Part shown: piece by piece, positions 45,974-56,428 of the stretch | Layout of the letters: every line of letters begins with the position of its first letter | How positions within the stretch are numbered: position 1 is the first letter of the stretch | Assembly: GCA_963667255.1 (NCBI GenBank) | Contig: OY762940.1 | Location: forward strand, 1,079,503 to 1,143,502 | Source of the DNA: Candidatus Cloacimonadota bacterium | Lineage (GTDB): Bacteria; Cloacimonadota; Cloacimonadia; G963667145 | DNA length: 64,000 bases | Reading direction: 5' to 3' | The notes under the pieces: generated by a model | The model's input: the letters and a program-made list of their open reading frames with translations, nothing else | Database searches by the model: none | Told to the model about the DNA's origin: nothing | Position numbers and translations under genes: made by a program

Positions 45974-46903
45974 TTGAGAAAGCGTTGGTTTTTTAGTTTT
46001 GGACATGTTGAGTGGACAAAGAGTTATATTTTTTCTTTTTCTAATAGATTTTTTTTGTTTCTTCTCTTTTTTGTTTCTTTATTTGCTATGCTTCTGTTAT
46101 GGAAAGGTGGTGTGGCTGTCTCTTATTTTAGCAAAGTCTCCAGACAGGACAAATTGGAAAGAGAGAACGAAATTTTGAAGAGCCAATTAGCTAAGTTTAG
46201 TGCAATTATAGATTCGGTTAAGGGAGATCTCAGCGTTATTCAATCTTGGGAAAGTGAAATCCGCAAGCAAAGAAATTTCAAGCCTGTTGATCCCCAAATC
46301 AGAGAGATGGGTATAGGTGGTGTGCCGACATTAGATAGTGCTACTTCAGAACTTTCTTCAGATTTGAGGTTGGATTGTGCTTTTCTGAAGTTACAACTTG
46401 AGCAATTGACAGCTATGTCGGAGTTGGAGTTTGAGTTGATGGGCGAACTGCGAAAAAACAGTGAGTTTCGCCAAGATATGTATGACTATATGCCCACTAT
46501 CTATCCTGTTTATGGTTATGTTACCAGTCCTTTCGGTTATAGGATTCATCCTATTCTTGGACGGAAAATATTTCACGAGGGTATTGATATAGCCAATAAA
46601 AAAGGAACTTTAGTTCATGCTACGGCTGATGGAGTGGTTTCTGACACCAAATACTCCAGTAGTTTTGGAAACAATATTTTGATTGACCACAAGTATGGAT
46701 TTTCTACCCGTTATGCTCATTTGTCAAAACTATTGGTAAAAGATGGACAAAAGGTAAAAAAAGGCGAAGTTATAGGTTTGATGGGATCTACCGGAAGATC
46801 TACGGGAACTCATTTGCATTATGAAGTTCGCAGGTATGGTAGCTATAGAGACCCTGAGCCTTATCTTGCTAAGTCTGCAGATTTGGATTTAGCTGTTAAT
46901 TAA
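45974..46903 (+). CDS. M23-family metallopeptidase (LytM-like)
   Basis: HEGIDIA ... GSTGRSTGTHLHYEV catalytic motifs; N-terminal TM/coiled coil. Confidence 0.75.
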   Translation: MRKRWFFSFGHVEWTKSYIFSFSNRFFLFLLFFVSLFAMLLLWKGGVAVSYFSKVSRQDKLERENEILKSQLAKFSAIIDSVKGDLSVIQSWESEIRKQRNFKPVDPQIREMGIGGVPTLDSATSELSSDLRLDCAFLKLQLEQLTAMSELEFELMGELRKNSEFRQDMYDYMPTIYPVYGYVTSPFGYRIHPILGRKIFHEGIDIANKKGTLVHATADGVVSDTKYSSSFGNNILIDHKYGFSTRYAHLSKLLVKDGQKVKKGEVIGLMGSTGRSTGTHLHYEVRRYGSYRDPEPYLAKSADLDLAVN

Positions 46904-46974
46904 GTCCGATTTATTTTACTTCAAAATCCCCATCGACGGTATAGGGATGATTTGGAGTAAATTTTTTTTATAAA

Positions 46975-47169
46975 TTGTTGAATAAAATGAAGAAAAGTTT
47001 TGAAGACGAAGTTAAAAAAATAGACGAAATTGTCCGCCAACTTGAGGAAGAGAATTTGGAATTTGACCAAATTTTGAACTTGTATAAAGAAGGGCAAACT
47101 TTGATTAAAAGTTGTAAAAAAAGATTGGAAAGTGTAGAAAATATTTTGGTTGAGTTGGATAAGGAGTAG
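46975..47169 (+). CDS. xseB: Exodeoxyribonuclease VII small subunit (start possibly ATG at 46987)
   Basis: SFEDEVKKIDEIVRQLEEENLEFDQILNLYKEGQTLIKSCKKRL. Confidence 0.75.
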   Translation: MLNKMKKSFEDEVKKIDEIVRQLEEENLEFDQILNLYKEGQTLIKSCKKRLESVENILVELDKE

Positions 47170-48058
47170 TGTTGTGTACAAAGCTCTAAAGAAAGACCTC
47201 AAAAAAATACGCGAAAGTGTTAACATTCAGATTGATAGATTTTTGCCGAGAAAAGACGAATATCCGAAGAATATTCATAAGGCTATTAGACATTCGCTTT
47301 TTGCTGGTGGTAAGGGCATTAGAAGTTACATGCTGATTAAAATTTATTCTATCTTCTGTGAAAAGATTGAACCGATAATGCCGTTGGCTGTCGCTTTTGA
47401 AATGTTGCATACTTACACACTTATTCACGACGATTTGCCGTATTTGGACAATGATGATTTTCGCAGGGGAAAACCAACTTGTCATAAACTTTTTGGGGAA
47501 GATGTGGCACTTTTGGCTGGCGACACTTTGCTGATTTATGCTTTCGATATCATTTCACAAATGGAAGTGGATTACAAAATTAAAGCAGGGATATTACAAA
47601 AGTTTTCTGAAATGGCAGGTGCTCGTGGTTTGGTCGGAGGACAATGGGAAGATATCAATTGTGAAGGCAAAACTGTAGATAAAGAGAAATTGGCATATAT
47701 TCATAACAATAAAACTGCGGGATTTATTAAATTGACTGCAACCTTGGCGTGTCTTTTGGCGGGAGCATCGGAAGAAGATACGGAGTTATTGGATGAGTAT
47801 GCCGGAAATATAGGTTTGGCTTTTCAGATTGTGGATGACATTCTTGATATTGAGGGTTCTTTTCAGGAAAGAGGGAAATCTATAGGCAAAGATATGAAAT
47901 CAAAGAAGATAACTTATCCCGCTCTATACGGATTGCAAGAGTCCAAAGATGAAGTGGAAAAACTTATGACAAGAGCTAAAGAGATTTTGGACAAATATCA
48001 TGATAAGGGTCTGATGTTGCAACGATTTACCGATTATATCTACCTTAGCAAATGGTAA
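47150..48058 (+). CDS. ispA: Polyprenyl (farnesyl/geranylgeranyl) diphosphate synthase
   Basis: First and second Asp-rich motifs LIHDDLPYLDNDDFRRG and FQIVDDILD; true start likely downstream of 47150. Confidence 0.8.
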   Translation: MSWIRSSVVYKALKKDLKKIRESVNIQIDRFLPRKDEYPKNIHKAIRHSLFAGGKGIRSYMLIKIYSIFCEKIEPIMPLAVAFEMLHTYTLIHDDLPYLDNDDFRRGKPTCHKLFGEDVALLAGDTLLIYAFDIISQMEVDYKIKAGILQKFSEMAGARGLVGGQWEDINCEGKTVDKEKLAYIHNNKTAGFIKLTATLACLLAGASEEDTELLDEYAGNIGLAFQIVDDILDIEGSFQERGKSIGKDMKSKKITYPALYGLQESKDEVEKLMTRAKEILDKYHDKGLMLQRFTDYIYLSKW

Positions 48059-48489
48059 AAATAAAGTTTAAGTTGTTGAATAAAAACGCTCGTTTGCCCA
48101 AAATAATGAGCAATTTTGCTGCCGGAGCTGACCTTGGTGCGTGTTTGCATAAGCCTTTTGTCCTTGCTCCCGGTTCTGTTGGTCTCATTCCTTGCGGATT
48201 TGCTATGGCGATTCCCGAAGGTTATGAGGCTCAAATAAGACCTCGCAGTGGTCTTGCCGTTAAGCATTGTATCGGAGTTCTTAATTCTCCCGGGACGATA
48301 GATGCTGATTACAGAGGCGAAGTGAAAATAATTTTGTTTAATTTTGGTAAGGAAAGTTTTACTGTTAAAAACGGCGATAGAATTGCCCAGATGGTGTTTC
48401 AAAAATTGCCGGAAGTTAAATTTGAGTGTGTGGAAATGCTGGATACAACTGTGAGAGGTGAGGGCGGATTTGGTCACACTAAATTATAA
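48052..48489 (+). CDS. dut: dUTP diphosphatase
   Basis: AAGADL, RPRSGLA, GTIDADYRGE motifs. Confidence 0.85.
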   Translation: MVKIKFKLLNKNARLPKIMSNFAAGADLGACLHKPFVLAPGSVGLIPCGFAMAIPEGYEAQIRPRSGLAVKHCIGVLNSPGTIDADYRGEVKIILFNFGKESFTVKNGDRIAQMVFQKLPEVKFECVEMLDTTVRGEGGFGHTKL

Positions 48490-48509
48490 TTGTTTGTAAG
48501 GAGAGAGTT

Positions 48510-49793
48510 ATGGCATCATTTAGAAAGAGAATTGAGGAAGAGGTAATAAGAATAAAAGATAAAAACGCTGAGATTTTGGCTAATTATAGGGATAAAGAGG
48601 TTTGTAAAGTTACTCCTGCGAATATTTTTGCGGGGATGAGAGGTATTGTTGAGGTTGTTTGCAACACTTCTTATGTTGACCCTGAAAATGGTCTAATGCT
48701 CAAAGGTATTCCTATCGGAGACTTGGCAGATAAATGTGCGGAAGAAATTTTTTATTTATTGTGTACCGGCAAACTTCCTCAAGATGATGAATTACAAATG
48801 CTGCAAAAGAGTTTGACTTTGCGTTCTTCTGTGCCTCGAGAGGTTTGGAATATTCTATTTGCTTTGCCTGTAAATACTCATCCTATGACGATGTTGAGTA
48901 TTGCGGTTTTGATATTGGAAAGAGAATCTATCTTCCGTGAAAAATATGAAGAGGGTTTGCGGAAAAAAGATTTTTGGAAATCAACTCTAGAAGATTCTAT
49001 GGAATTGATAGCGAAAATCCCCAGTATTGCTGCTGCGATTTATAGGATTAGTTACGAAAAAACTGATTTGATTCAAAGTTACGATCCTGACTTGGATTGG
49101 TCTGCTAATTTTGCTGCGATGTTGGGAATTGATACGCCTGACGAGGAAGTTTTTGCTGATTTAATCAGGCTTTACCTTGTTCTCCATTGTGACCACGAAG
49201 GGTGCAATGCCAGTGCTTTTACAGCAAGGATTGTCAACTCTACTTTGTCGGATGTGTATAGAGCTGTTTCTTCAGGTTTAAACGCTTTAGCCGGACCTTT
49301 GCACGGACTGGCAAATCAAAACGCTTTGAAATTTGTTTTGGACATCAAAGACGAATTTGATGGCTGTCCTACCAAAGAGCAGCTGGAAAGATATCTTGGA
49401 GGTTGGTTGGATGCCGGCAAAGTTATCCCGGGATATGGACACGCTGTTTTGCGAAAAACCGATCCGAGATTTACCGAGATTAAAAAATTTGCTGATAAAT
49501 ATCTTCCCGATGATGTTCTTATTAAGATTGTTGGTTTAATGAGTGAAGTTGCTCCAATTGTCTTGAAAGAGAAAGGGAAAGCTACTTCTGTGTATCCGAA
49601 TGTTGATGCTATCTCCGGAGCGGTTTTATATACGCTTGGCTTGGAGAGATTTGATTATTATACCGTTATTTTTGGAGTTTCGAGGATTTTGGGATTTTGT
49701 GCTCAATTGATTATTGCCCGAGGCGTGAATTCATCTATTATCAGACCAAAGAGTGTGACAAGTGAGATGTTGGAAGAGATGCTCTCAAAATAG
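48510..49793 (+). CDS. Citrate synthase (eukaryotic-like type)
   Basis: GYGHAVLRKTDPRF motif and overall length. Confidence 0.8.
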   Translation: MASFRKRIEEEVIRIKDKNAEILANYRDKEVCKVTPANIFAGMRGIVEVVCNTSYVDPENGLMLKGIPIGDLADKCAEEIFYLLCTGKLPQDDELQMLQKSLTLRSSVPREVWNILFALPVNTHPMTMLSIAVLILERESIFREKYEEGLRKKDFWKSTLEDSMELIAKIPSIAAAIYRISYEKTDLIQSYDPDLDWSANFAAMLGIDTPDEEVFADLIRLYLVLHCDHEGCNASAFTARIVNSTLSDVYRAVSSGLNALAGPLHGLANQNALKFVLDIKDEFDGCPTKEQLERYLGGWLDAGKVIPGYGHAVLRKTDPRFTEIKKFADKYLPDDVLIKIVGLMSEVAPIVLKEKGKATSVYPNVDAISGAVLYTLGLERFDYYTVIFGVSRILGFCAQLIIARGVNSSIIRPKSVTSEMLEEMLSK

Positions 49794-49819
49794 AATTTGA
49801 GATTTAACGGAGAGTAATT

Positions 49820-51490
49820 ATGAACTCCAATATAGAATGTGATTTTTTGGTGATTGGCTCGGGGATTGCAGGTTTGATGGCGGCTGTTCATTTGAGCAAG
49901 GACAAAACGAATAAAGTTGTTCTTGTTTCCAAAGGCGAATTGTCGGAAAATAATTCTTATTATGCCCAGGGAGGTATAGCAGCTGTTGATGAAAAGAGAA
50001 TTGCTTCGGGATTGGACAACTACGAATCTCATTGCCAAGACACTTTAATCTCGGGTGATGGTTTATGCATTGAGGAAGTGGTCAGGGACTGTATCAAAGG
50101 ATTTTATTCTTCATCTATCAACTCTCTTTTGGATTTAGGAGTTAATTTTAGCAGAGAAGCAAACGGAGATTTTTTGCTACATCAGGAAGGTGGGCATGAA
50201 CGCGAGAGAATTTATTGTGTTGATGACCATACCGGAAGATACATTATAGAAACGCTGGTGGACAGAGTTCAAAAAACCGACAATATTCAGTGTGTTGATA
50301 ACCATATGGCTATCAATTTAATTACACAAAATTATCTGCTCGGGAGCACAAATTTTGAAGATAAGTGCTTGGGTGCTTATGTTTTGAATATTAAGAACGA
50401 CAAAGTTTTTACCATAAAGGCGAAAAAGACTATTTTGGCGACAGGCGGTGCCGGTAGAGTTTTCAAATTCACAAGTAACCCTTCTGCCGCTACCGGAGAC
50501 GGAATTGCTATGGCGTTTAGAGCGGGAGCGAGAATTTCCAATATGGAGTTCATCCAGTTTCACCCGACTGTTTTGTATCAGCCCAAAGTCGAATTTGGCG
50601 AAAGAAGATTTTTGATAACGGAAGCGTTGAGAGGGGAAAATCTCGGTGGAATTTTGACTTTGGCAAAAAATAGTGAGGAAGATTTTGTTTTGTCTTTTGA
50701 TAAACGAGGCTCTCATGCGACAAGAGACATAGTTTCCAGAGCAATTGACACCAAGATAAAAGAGCTTGGTTTGGAGCATGTTTGGCTCAACTTGACTACA
50801 AAAGTTACCGGAAAGGACAAAGAGTTTTTCCAAAAGCATTTCCCTAATATTTATAAAAAATGTGAAGAGAACGGCTACAATTTAGAAAAAGATCCAGTGC
50901 CTGTTGTGCCTGCTGCTCACTATGTGTGCGGAGGTGTGAAGGTTGATGAAAGCGGATTGAGCGATATAAAAAATCTCTATGTTGTGGGTGAGAGTGCTTG
51001 TACAGGGCTAATGGGAGCCAATAGACTTGCTTCCAATTCGTTGCCAGAGGGATGCTATTTTGCTCAAAAAGCGGCAAAACACGCTTTGCAAACTAAGAAC
51101 GAAGATTTGTCTAATTTGTCGATTCCGGATTGGCAAAGCGTAGAGACAAGTAAGAAACTTGATTTGGCAACGATAAATCAGTTTTGGGATGTTACAAGGG
51201 AAGTTATGACCAATCTTTGCGGAATAGAGAGAAATAGGCAGAGGTTGTATTTGTCGGCGGAAATCACAGCTTCTCTGGCGAAATCGGCTCATGATATTTA
51301 CAAATTGTTCCCCGCTTCCCTGCAAACTTTGGAACTTCGCAATCTTACTTTGGTGGCTCGACTTATAGCTGCGTGTGCTTTGTCTCGCAACGAATCCCGA
51401 GGGTGTCATTATCGCGGAGATTTTCCGAAGAAAGACGAAAAATTTGAAATGTGCACGGTTATCAAGAAAGATATTTTTCCTCGAATTTAA
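49820..51490 (+). CDS. nadB: L-aspartate oxidase
   Basis: FAD motif DFLVIGSGIAGL, succinate-dehydrogenase-flavoprotein-like fold; followed by nadA and nadC. Confidence 0.8.
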   Translation: MNSNIECDFLVIGSGIAGLMAAVHLSKDKTNKVVLVSKGELSENNSYYAQGGIAAVDEKRIASGLDNYESHCQDTLISGDGLCIEEVVRDCIKGFYSSSINSLLDLGVNFSREANGDFLLHQEGGHERERIYCVDDHTGRYIIETLVDRVQKTDNIQCVDNHMAINLITQNYLLGSTNFEDKCLGAYVLNIKNDKVFTIKAKKTILATGGAGRVFKFTSNPSAATGDGIAMAFRAGARISNMEFIQFHPTVLYQPKVEFGERRFLITEALRGENLGGILTLAKNSEEDFVLSFDKRGSHATRDIVSRAIDTKIKELGLEHVWLNLTTKVTGKDKEFFQKHFPNIYKKCEENGYNLEKDPVPVVPAAHYVCGGVKVDESGLSDIKNLYVVGESACTGLMGANRLASNSLPEGCYFAQKAAKHALQTKNEDLSNLSIPDWQSVETSKKLDLATINQFWDVTREVMTNLCGIERNRQRLYLSAEITASLAKSAHDIYKLFPASLQTLELRNLTLVARLIAACALSRNESRGCHYRGDFPKKDEKFEMCTVIKKDIFPRI

Positions 51491-51499
51491 AGTGATATT

Positions 51500-52399
51500 A
51501 TGTCGATTTTAAAAGAAATAAACGAATTAAAAAAAAACAAAAACGCCATAGTTTTGGCACATAATTATCAGCCTGAAGAAATTTATCAGGTTGCCGATTT
51601 TGTTGGAGATAGCTTGGAATTGGCAAAGGTCGCCAGCGAAGTTGTTGCCGATATTATTGTTTTTTGTGGTGTGCGATTTATGGCTGAAACTGCTAAGATT
51701 TTAAATCCCAGGAAAAAAGTTTTGCTGCCGGCTGCGAATGCCGGATGTCAGATGGCTGATATGGTAAATGCGGAGAAAGTTCGAGAGCTACGCGAGAAAT
51801 TCCCGAATGCTATAGTGGCGTGCTATGTAAATACTACCGCTGAAACGAAAACCGAGTGTGATGTTTGTGTGACCAGTGCTAATGCTGTGAAAGTCATAAA
51901 TTCATTAACGCAAAATCAGATTATTTTTGTTCCTGACAAAAATTTGGGTTCGTTCGTAGCAAAAAACAGCAAGAAAGAGATTATTTTAGCAGATGGATAT
52001 TGCTATGTTCACGATTGCATTTCTATTGAGGATGTGGAAATTGTGAGAGAGCAGTATCCCGATGCTCCGATTTTGATTCATCCGGAGTCCAAACGAGAAG
52101 TTGTGGATATGTGCGACTATGTGTGCTCTACTTCTCAGATGATTTCTGTTTCCAAGGAGATAGATGCACAGACTATTGTTGTGGGAACGGAGGTGGGAAT
52201 GTTGGCTAAACTGAGGCAAGAAGTTCCTGAGAAAATTTTTGTTCCTCTGAAGTCTAATGCTCTATGTAGTGACATGAAGTTGACGACTTTAGAGATGGTT
52301 AGAGATTGTTTGGCGTTTGAAAAAAACGAGATTATTTTAGATAAAGAAGTTATGGAAAAGGCAAAGGTTTGCATTGATAGAATGCTTCTTTTGAGTTAA
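51500..52399 (+). CDS. nadA: Quinolinate synthase
   Basis: AHNYQ ... FCGVRFMAET ... three-repeat NadA layout. Confidence 0.85.
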   Translation: MSILKEINELKKNKNAIVLAHNYQPEEIYQVADFVGDSLELAKVASEVVADIIVFCGVRFMAETAKILNPRKKVLLPAANAGCQMADMVNAEKVRELREKFPNAIVACYVNTTAETKTECDVCVTSANAVKVINSLTQNQIIFVPDKNLGSFVAKNSKKEIILADGYCYVHDCISIEDVEIVREQYPDAPILIHPESKREVVDMCDYVCSTSQMISVSKEIDAQTIVVGTEVGMLAKLRQEVPEKIFVPLKSNALCSDMKLTTLEMVRDCLAFEKNEIILDKEVMEKAKVCIDRMLLLS

Positions 52400-52411
52400 T
52401 ATTTTTGGGAA

Positions 52412-53347
52412 ATGGATAGATTAAAAAGAGTTAACGAAGTTTATCAACAGGGGAAAAATCTCAATTTTGATAATCCGGAGTATCGTCGGCAGGTCGGAGA
52501 ATTTATCAACACAGCATTGAGAGAGGATATTGGTTTCGGCGATATTACTACGCAGACCGTTATTCCGCCCGACTTGGAGATGAATGCTGTTATTGGTTGC
52601 AAAGAGGACGGGATTTTTTGTGGTGAGCAGGAGCTTAAATTTTTATACGAATCTAAAGGGATTGATACTAATTTTTTGGTGCATGACGGGCACAACATTA
52701 AGAAAGGTCAGCGATTAGTGGAATTGTCCGGATTGGTGCAATCGTTACTCTCTTTGGAGAGAGTTGGTTTGAATGTCGTGCGGAGAATGTCGGGAATCGC
52801 TACAACTACTTCCAAATTCGTTAATCTTTTGCAGGGCTCAGGAGCGATGATAGCTGCCACACGAAAAGTAGTTACATGTGAACTAATGGAAAAGCGAGCA
52901 GTTTATGTGGGTGGTGGACTTACGCATCGCATAGGTCTTGACAAGCACATTATGATTAAGGATTGTCATTTGGATATATTGCGGAGATTTCAGGGCAATG
53001 AAGCTATTCAATCAGTGATACAATTGTGTGAAAATGTGGAAGTTCCCGTGGAAATTGAGGTGGAAAATTTGGAAGATGGCTTCTTGGTAGCCGAGACTTT
53101 TGCGAATAGTGATTATGAGGGGATTCCTATTATTATGCTGGATAATATGAAACCGGAACAGATGTCATATTTTGTGCAAAAATTGAGAGATAAATCGCTC
53201 TATGACAAGATAATTTTGGAAGCGTCCGGAGGCGTAAATTTGAATAATTTGGCTGAATATGGTGCGTGTGGTGTAGATGTAATCTCAACTTCCGGCGTTA
53301 CAGAGGGAGCTTTTAGTTTAGACTTAAATCAGAAGATAGAGGGATGA
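52412..53347 (+). CDS. nadC: Nicotinate-nucleotide pyrophosphorylase (carboxylating)
   Basis: QPRTase-type sequence; completes nadB-nadA-nadC. Confidence 0.75.
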   Translation: MDRLKRVNEVYQQGKNLNFDNPEYRRQVGEFINTALREDIGFGDITTQTVIPPDLEMNAVIGCKEDGIFCGEQELKFLYESKGIDTNFLVHDGHNIKKGQRLVELSGLVQSLLSLERVGLNVVRRMSGIATTTSKFVNLLQGSGAMIAATRKVVTCELMEKRAVYVGGGLTHRIGLDKHIMIKDCHLDILRRFQGNEAIQSVIQLCENVEVPVEIEVENLEDGFLVAETFANSDYEGIPIIMLDNMKPEQMSYFVQKLRDKSLYDKIILEASGGVNLNNLAEYGACGVDVISTSGVTEGAFSLDLNQKIEG

Positions 53348-53383
53348 TATTGGAGTTCAAACACAAATCTAAAATATACAAAG

Positions 53384-55387
53384 CTAATTATCAAACCAAA
53401 TCTTTTCTTGCTCGAATGCTTGAGCAAAAAGCATTTCATCGCCGAAAATAACGGTTGCTCCCTGCAGTTCTGATAGTTGTAGCATTGTTGTTTTTCTCGG
53501 CTGATAGACCATATCCATCACAACTTGTTCAGGTCTGAATTTTGCTACTAAACTTTTGTTTTCGTTCATTCCCACGCTGGTTGCGTTGATAACCACATCA
53601 AAATTAACACAATTTTTTTCGGCTTCTTCGAGGGTGCAAGAGGTAAAATCGCCGATATTGGATAGCTCATCATTTTTTTGCAATGACCTTGCGGCTATAG
53701 TGACCTTGGCGTTTTCTTTTAATAGCCCGAATAGAGCAGCTTTGGCAGCACCACCATTCCCGAGAAGCAAAACTTTCTTACCAGCAAGAGAACAATTATA
53801 GGAGAGAGGTTTAATCGCTCCGATATAGTCGGTATTAAATCCGAGCAATTTCCCTTTTTCGTTTTTGAGGGTGTTGACGGCACCGATTTTTTGAGCGGTT
53901 TCATCCAATTTATTTAGTAAGGGCAAAACCTCTTGTTTAAAAGGCATTGTTATAGCCACACCTTTCCATCCATACGATTTGAAATTAGCCAAAAATTCTT
54001 CGAGTTCAGGTCCGCTGTCGATAGGGAAATTTACAAAACAGGCGTTGATTTGCTTGCTCAAGAATTGCTGATTGTGGTAGGCTCGAGAAAAGCTCTTCTC
54101 AATATTTTTGCCGATAAGCCCGTAAACACAGGTATTTTCGTTGGTGTTCAAGACTCCATACATATCGGTGAGAGTGCTCAAATCTATCTGTCCCGGAGCG
54201 ACAGCTTTCCCAGTTGGTAAAAAAGAGTAGGTGAAAGGCGAGCCGTACTTTAGGGAAAGAATTCGCGAAAATTCCCCTTTGACTCCCATGCCGAAAGCAA
54301 TAAGGTTGGGAAATTTCTTCAAGGCATTAAAGAGCAAAAAGTTGTCATTTATGTTGTTTATCAAAGTTGCAACTTTTAGGTAAGGAGTTCCCAAAATCTC
54401 CATTTTAGAGATGATTTCCACTATATTTTTAGGCGTCTCTGCAAAATTGTGATAAGATAAAACGATTTTTGAGTTCAATTCGCTGAAATCCAAATCTTTG
54501 CCCAAATCGTATTCAATATCGATAAATTCAAACCCAAGTTTGTCAATTTGCAAAATAGCTTTCTTGTATTCTTCTTCCGTAAGATTGGCTTTTCCGCCTT
54601 GTTTAACGGTTCTCAGGGTTGCTATAACGCCTCTTTTGTTCCAAGTGTCTAAATTATTGGGAATTTCGTTCAGATAGTCCAAGCGAAACTCCGCCAAATA
54701 ATGCAAACTCCTGATGTAATCTATCTCTTTTTTGGCATTTTGGACATCAGATTTGCTAACACAAACACAAATTTTTGGCAGGTAAACAGAGGAAAGAGGC
54801 TTTTTTCTTTTCGGTGTAATCTTTTTGCATAAAGCCAACAACTCATGAGCTTTTTCGCGTAGTTCCTGCAAAGAGCCGTAGTTTTCCACTATGTGGTTGC
54901 AATTTGTGATAAGAGCGTTGTTCTTTTGCGAGTTTATTCTAGAGAGAAGAGAGCTGTTTTTGATTTGCAGTCTCTGAATTTGCAAGTCCACAGAGGTTTC
55001 GACATTCACATCCAAGTCAAAACAATCGCTGATGTTGCGAGAAAAAACAGGCGGGATTTCCACGAAAATCAAATCTTCTTCTTGTTTCTTTATAATGTCT
55101 TCGATTGTTGCCAAAATCACGGGATGAGTAATCTCGTTTAGCTTATTTAGTTTTTCGCTATCCGAAAATGCTAACTTGCTCAAAGAATTTTTGTCTATTT
55201 CGTTATCACAATTCAATATCGATTCGAAAAACTCTTTGACCAAATCGTCTTTGACCAGGGGTAAAATTTGGTGTCCGACTTCATCGGCATAAACTATTTT
55301 GCAGTCCAGTTCTTCCAAGAATTTGCAGAGCGACGACTTCCCGCAACCTATTGTTCCAGTGATGGCGACTAAGGTTTTTTGTTTCAT
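53384..55387 (-). CDS. Tri-domain fusion: dephospho-CoA kinase (CoaE) / 3-dehydroquinate dehydratase type I (AroD) / shikimate dehydrogenase (AroE)
   Basis: N-term ITGTIGCGKSS ... ITHPVI (CoaE-like); middle FGMGVKGEFSRILSLKYGSPFTY (type I DHQase motif); C-term ITMPFKQ, NTDYIG, GNGGAAKAA (AroE motifs). Confidence 0.65.
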   Translation of the reverse strand: MKQKTLVAITGTIGCGKSSLCKFLEELDCKIVYADEVGHQILPLVKDDLVKEFFESILNCDNEIDKNSLSKLAFSDSEKLNKLNEITHPVILATIEDIIKKQEEDLIFVEIPPVFSRNISDCFDLDVNVETSVDLQIQRLQIKNSSLLSRINSQKNNALITNCNHIVENYGSLQELREKAHELLALCKKITPKRKKPLSSVYLPKICVCVSKSDVQNAKKEIDYIRSLHYLAEFRLDYLNEIPNNLDTWNKRGVIATLRTVKQGGKANLTEEEYKKAILQIDKLGFEFIDIEYDLGKDLDFSELNSKIVLSYHNFAETPKNIVEIISKMEILGTPYLKVATLINNINDNFLLFNALKKFPNLIAFGMGVKGEFSRILSLKYGSPFTYSFLPTGKAVAPGQIDLSTLTDMYGVLNTNENTCVYGLIGKNIEKSFSRAYHNQQFLSKQINACFVNFPIDSGPELEEFLANFKSYGWKGVAITMPFKQEVLPLLNKLDETAQKIGAVNTLKNEKGKLLGFNTDYIGAIKPLSYNCSLAGKKVLLLGNGGAAKAALFGLLKENAKVTIAARSLQKNDELSNIGDFTSCTLEEAEKNCVNFDVVINATSVGMNENKSLVAKFRPEQVVMDMVYQPRKTTMLQLSELQGATVIFGDEMLFAQAFEQEKIWFDN

Positions 55388-55740
55388 AAGTATTTTTTGA
55401 TTTCTCCGATTATTTGTGCAAATTCAAAATAGTTTTTTTGTTTTTCTAATCTTTCGACAAGTTGTGCAATCTTTCTTCTGTTTCCTATCAAAATGGCGTT
55501 GCTCCTCTCAATCTTGCCACATACACACATCTTGTGAGCGGCGACATCCATGCCGATTGCCAGAGCCTCTTGTTTCATTATATTAACGCTACCGCACAGG
55601 AGATTGTCAAGCCGGATATTCAGAGGCAACATTTTGTCCGCCATCACTTCGATGCCCGCCGAACTGCATCCGATTTCGTTCAAAAAATTCTTTGCTTCGC
55701 TGGTATTTTGCGGAGTTAGTTTACTTGATTTGATAGACAA
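55384..55740 (-). CDS. Hypothetical protein (118 aa) downstream of tonB
   Basis: ORF with overlaps at both ends consistent with operon membership; no recognised motif. Confidence 0.3.
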   Translation of the reverse strand: MSIKSSKLTPQNTSEAKNFLNEIGCSSAGIEVMADKMLPLNIRLDNLLCGSVNIMKQEALAIGMDVAAHKMCVCGKIERSNAILIGNRRKIAQLVERLEKQKNYFEFAQIIGEIKKYL

Positions 55741-56419
55741 AAGTGATAAATCCCGTTTGATTTTGTTCGCCCAAAATTGGGTTGAATTTCCATTGAGCGA
55801 AAGCCTCTCTGCTTGCTTTTTCCAGCAGAGGATTGGCTCTTTTTATAATGACGATATTGGAGACAGTTCCTTGCGGAGAGAGGGAAAAACGAAGTTTGAC
55901 TTTGGCATTTTTTTGTAGTCCGTCAGGATATTTAGGCAAAACTTTGCTCACAATTTTTCGGCTGACGACTTCACCTTCCAATTGAAAATCTTGCTCATTT
56001 TCGCTTTTCTTTAGCTCTTCCGAAAATTGCTCAAAAAAATCTTGGTTGTCCGGCAAATTGTTGTTTTGGCTGAGAGTGGGAGACTTCGGCTCGGGATTTA
56101 GATTATTGATGGAGTTGCCGATTTTTTCTTGCGTAATCACTTTATTTTTAACAACAATTTTTTCGGGCGAGGAGGTAATCTTTTTGTCCAAAGATTTGGT
56201 TATACTTTTGGGTAAATTGATTTTTTTGGGAACATAGCGATTATCCAAACCTTTTTTAACGCTCTTCTGTCCACTTGCATCAGAGGAAAAAATCCCCACA
56301 ATTTGAATTGTGGGAGGAATTTTATTCAGAACGGTATCGTAACTCAAAACCAAAAATATTGCCACAAAAAACAAGTGTGTCGCAACGGAAATCAAAAAAC
56401 TCAATCGCTTGTCGTTCAT
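55721..56419 (-). CDS. tonB: TonB-family energy transducer
   Basis: N-terminal TM helix, Pro/Lys-rich linker, C-terminal TonB domain (PKYPDGLQKNAKV...FNPI). Confidence 0.65.
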   Translation of the reverse strand: MNDKRLSFLISVATHLFFVAIFLVLSYDTVLNKIPPTIQIVGIFSSDASGQKSVKKGLDNRYVPKKINLPKSITKSLDKKITSSPEKIVVKNKVITQEKIGNSINNLNPEPKSPTLSQNNNLPDNQDFFEQFSEELKKSENEQDFQLEGEVVSRKIVSKVLPKYPDGLQKNAKVKLRFSLSPQGTVSNIVIIKRANPLLEKASREAFAQWKFNPILGEQNQTGFITFVYQIK

Positions 56420-56428
56420 AACAAAAGT

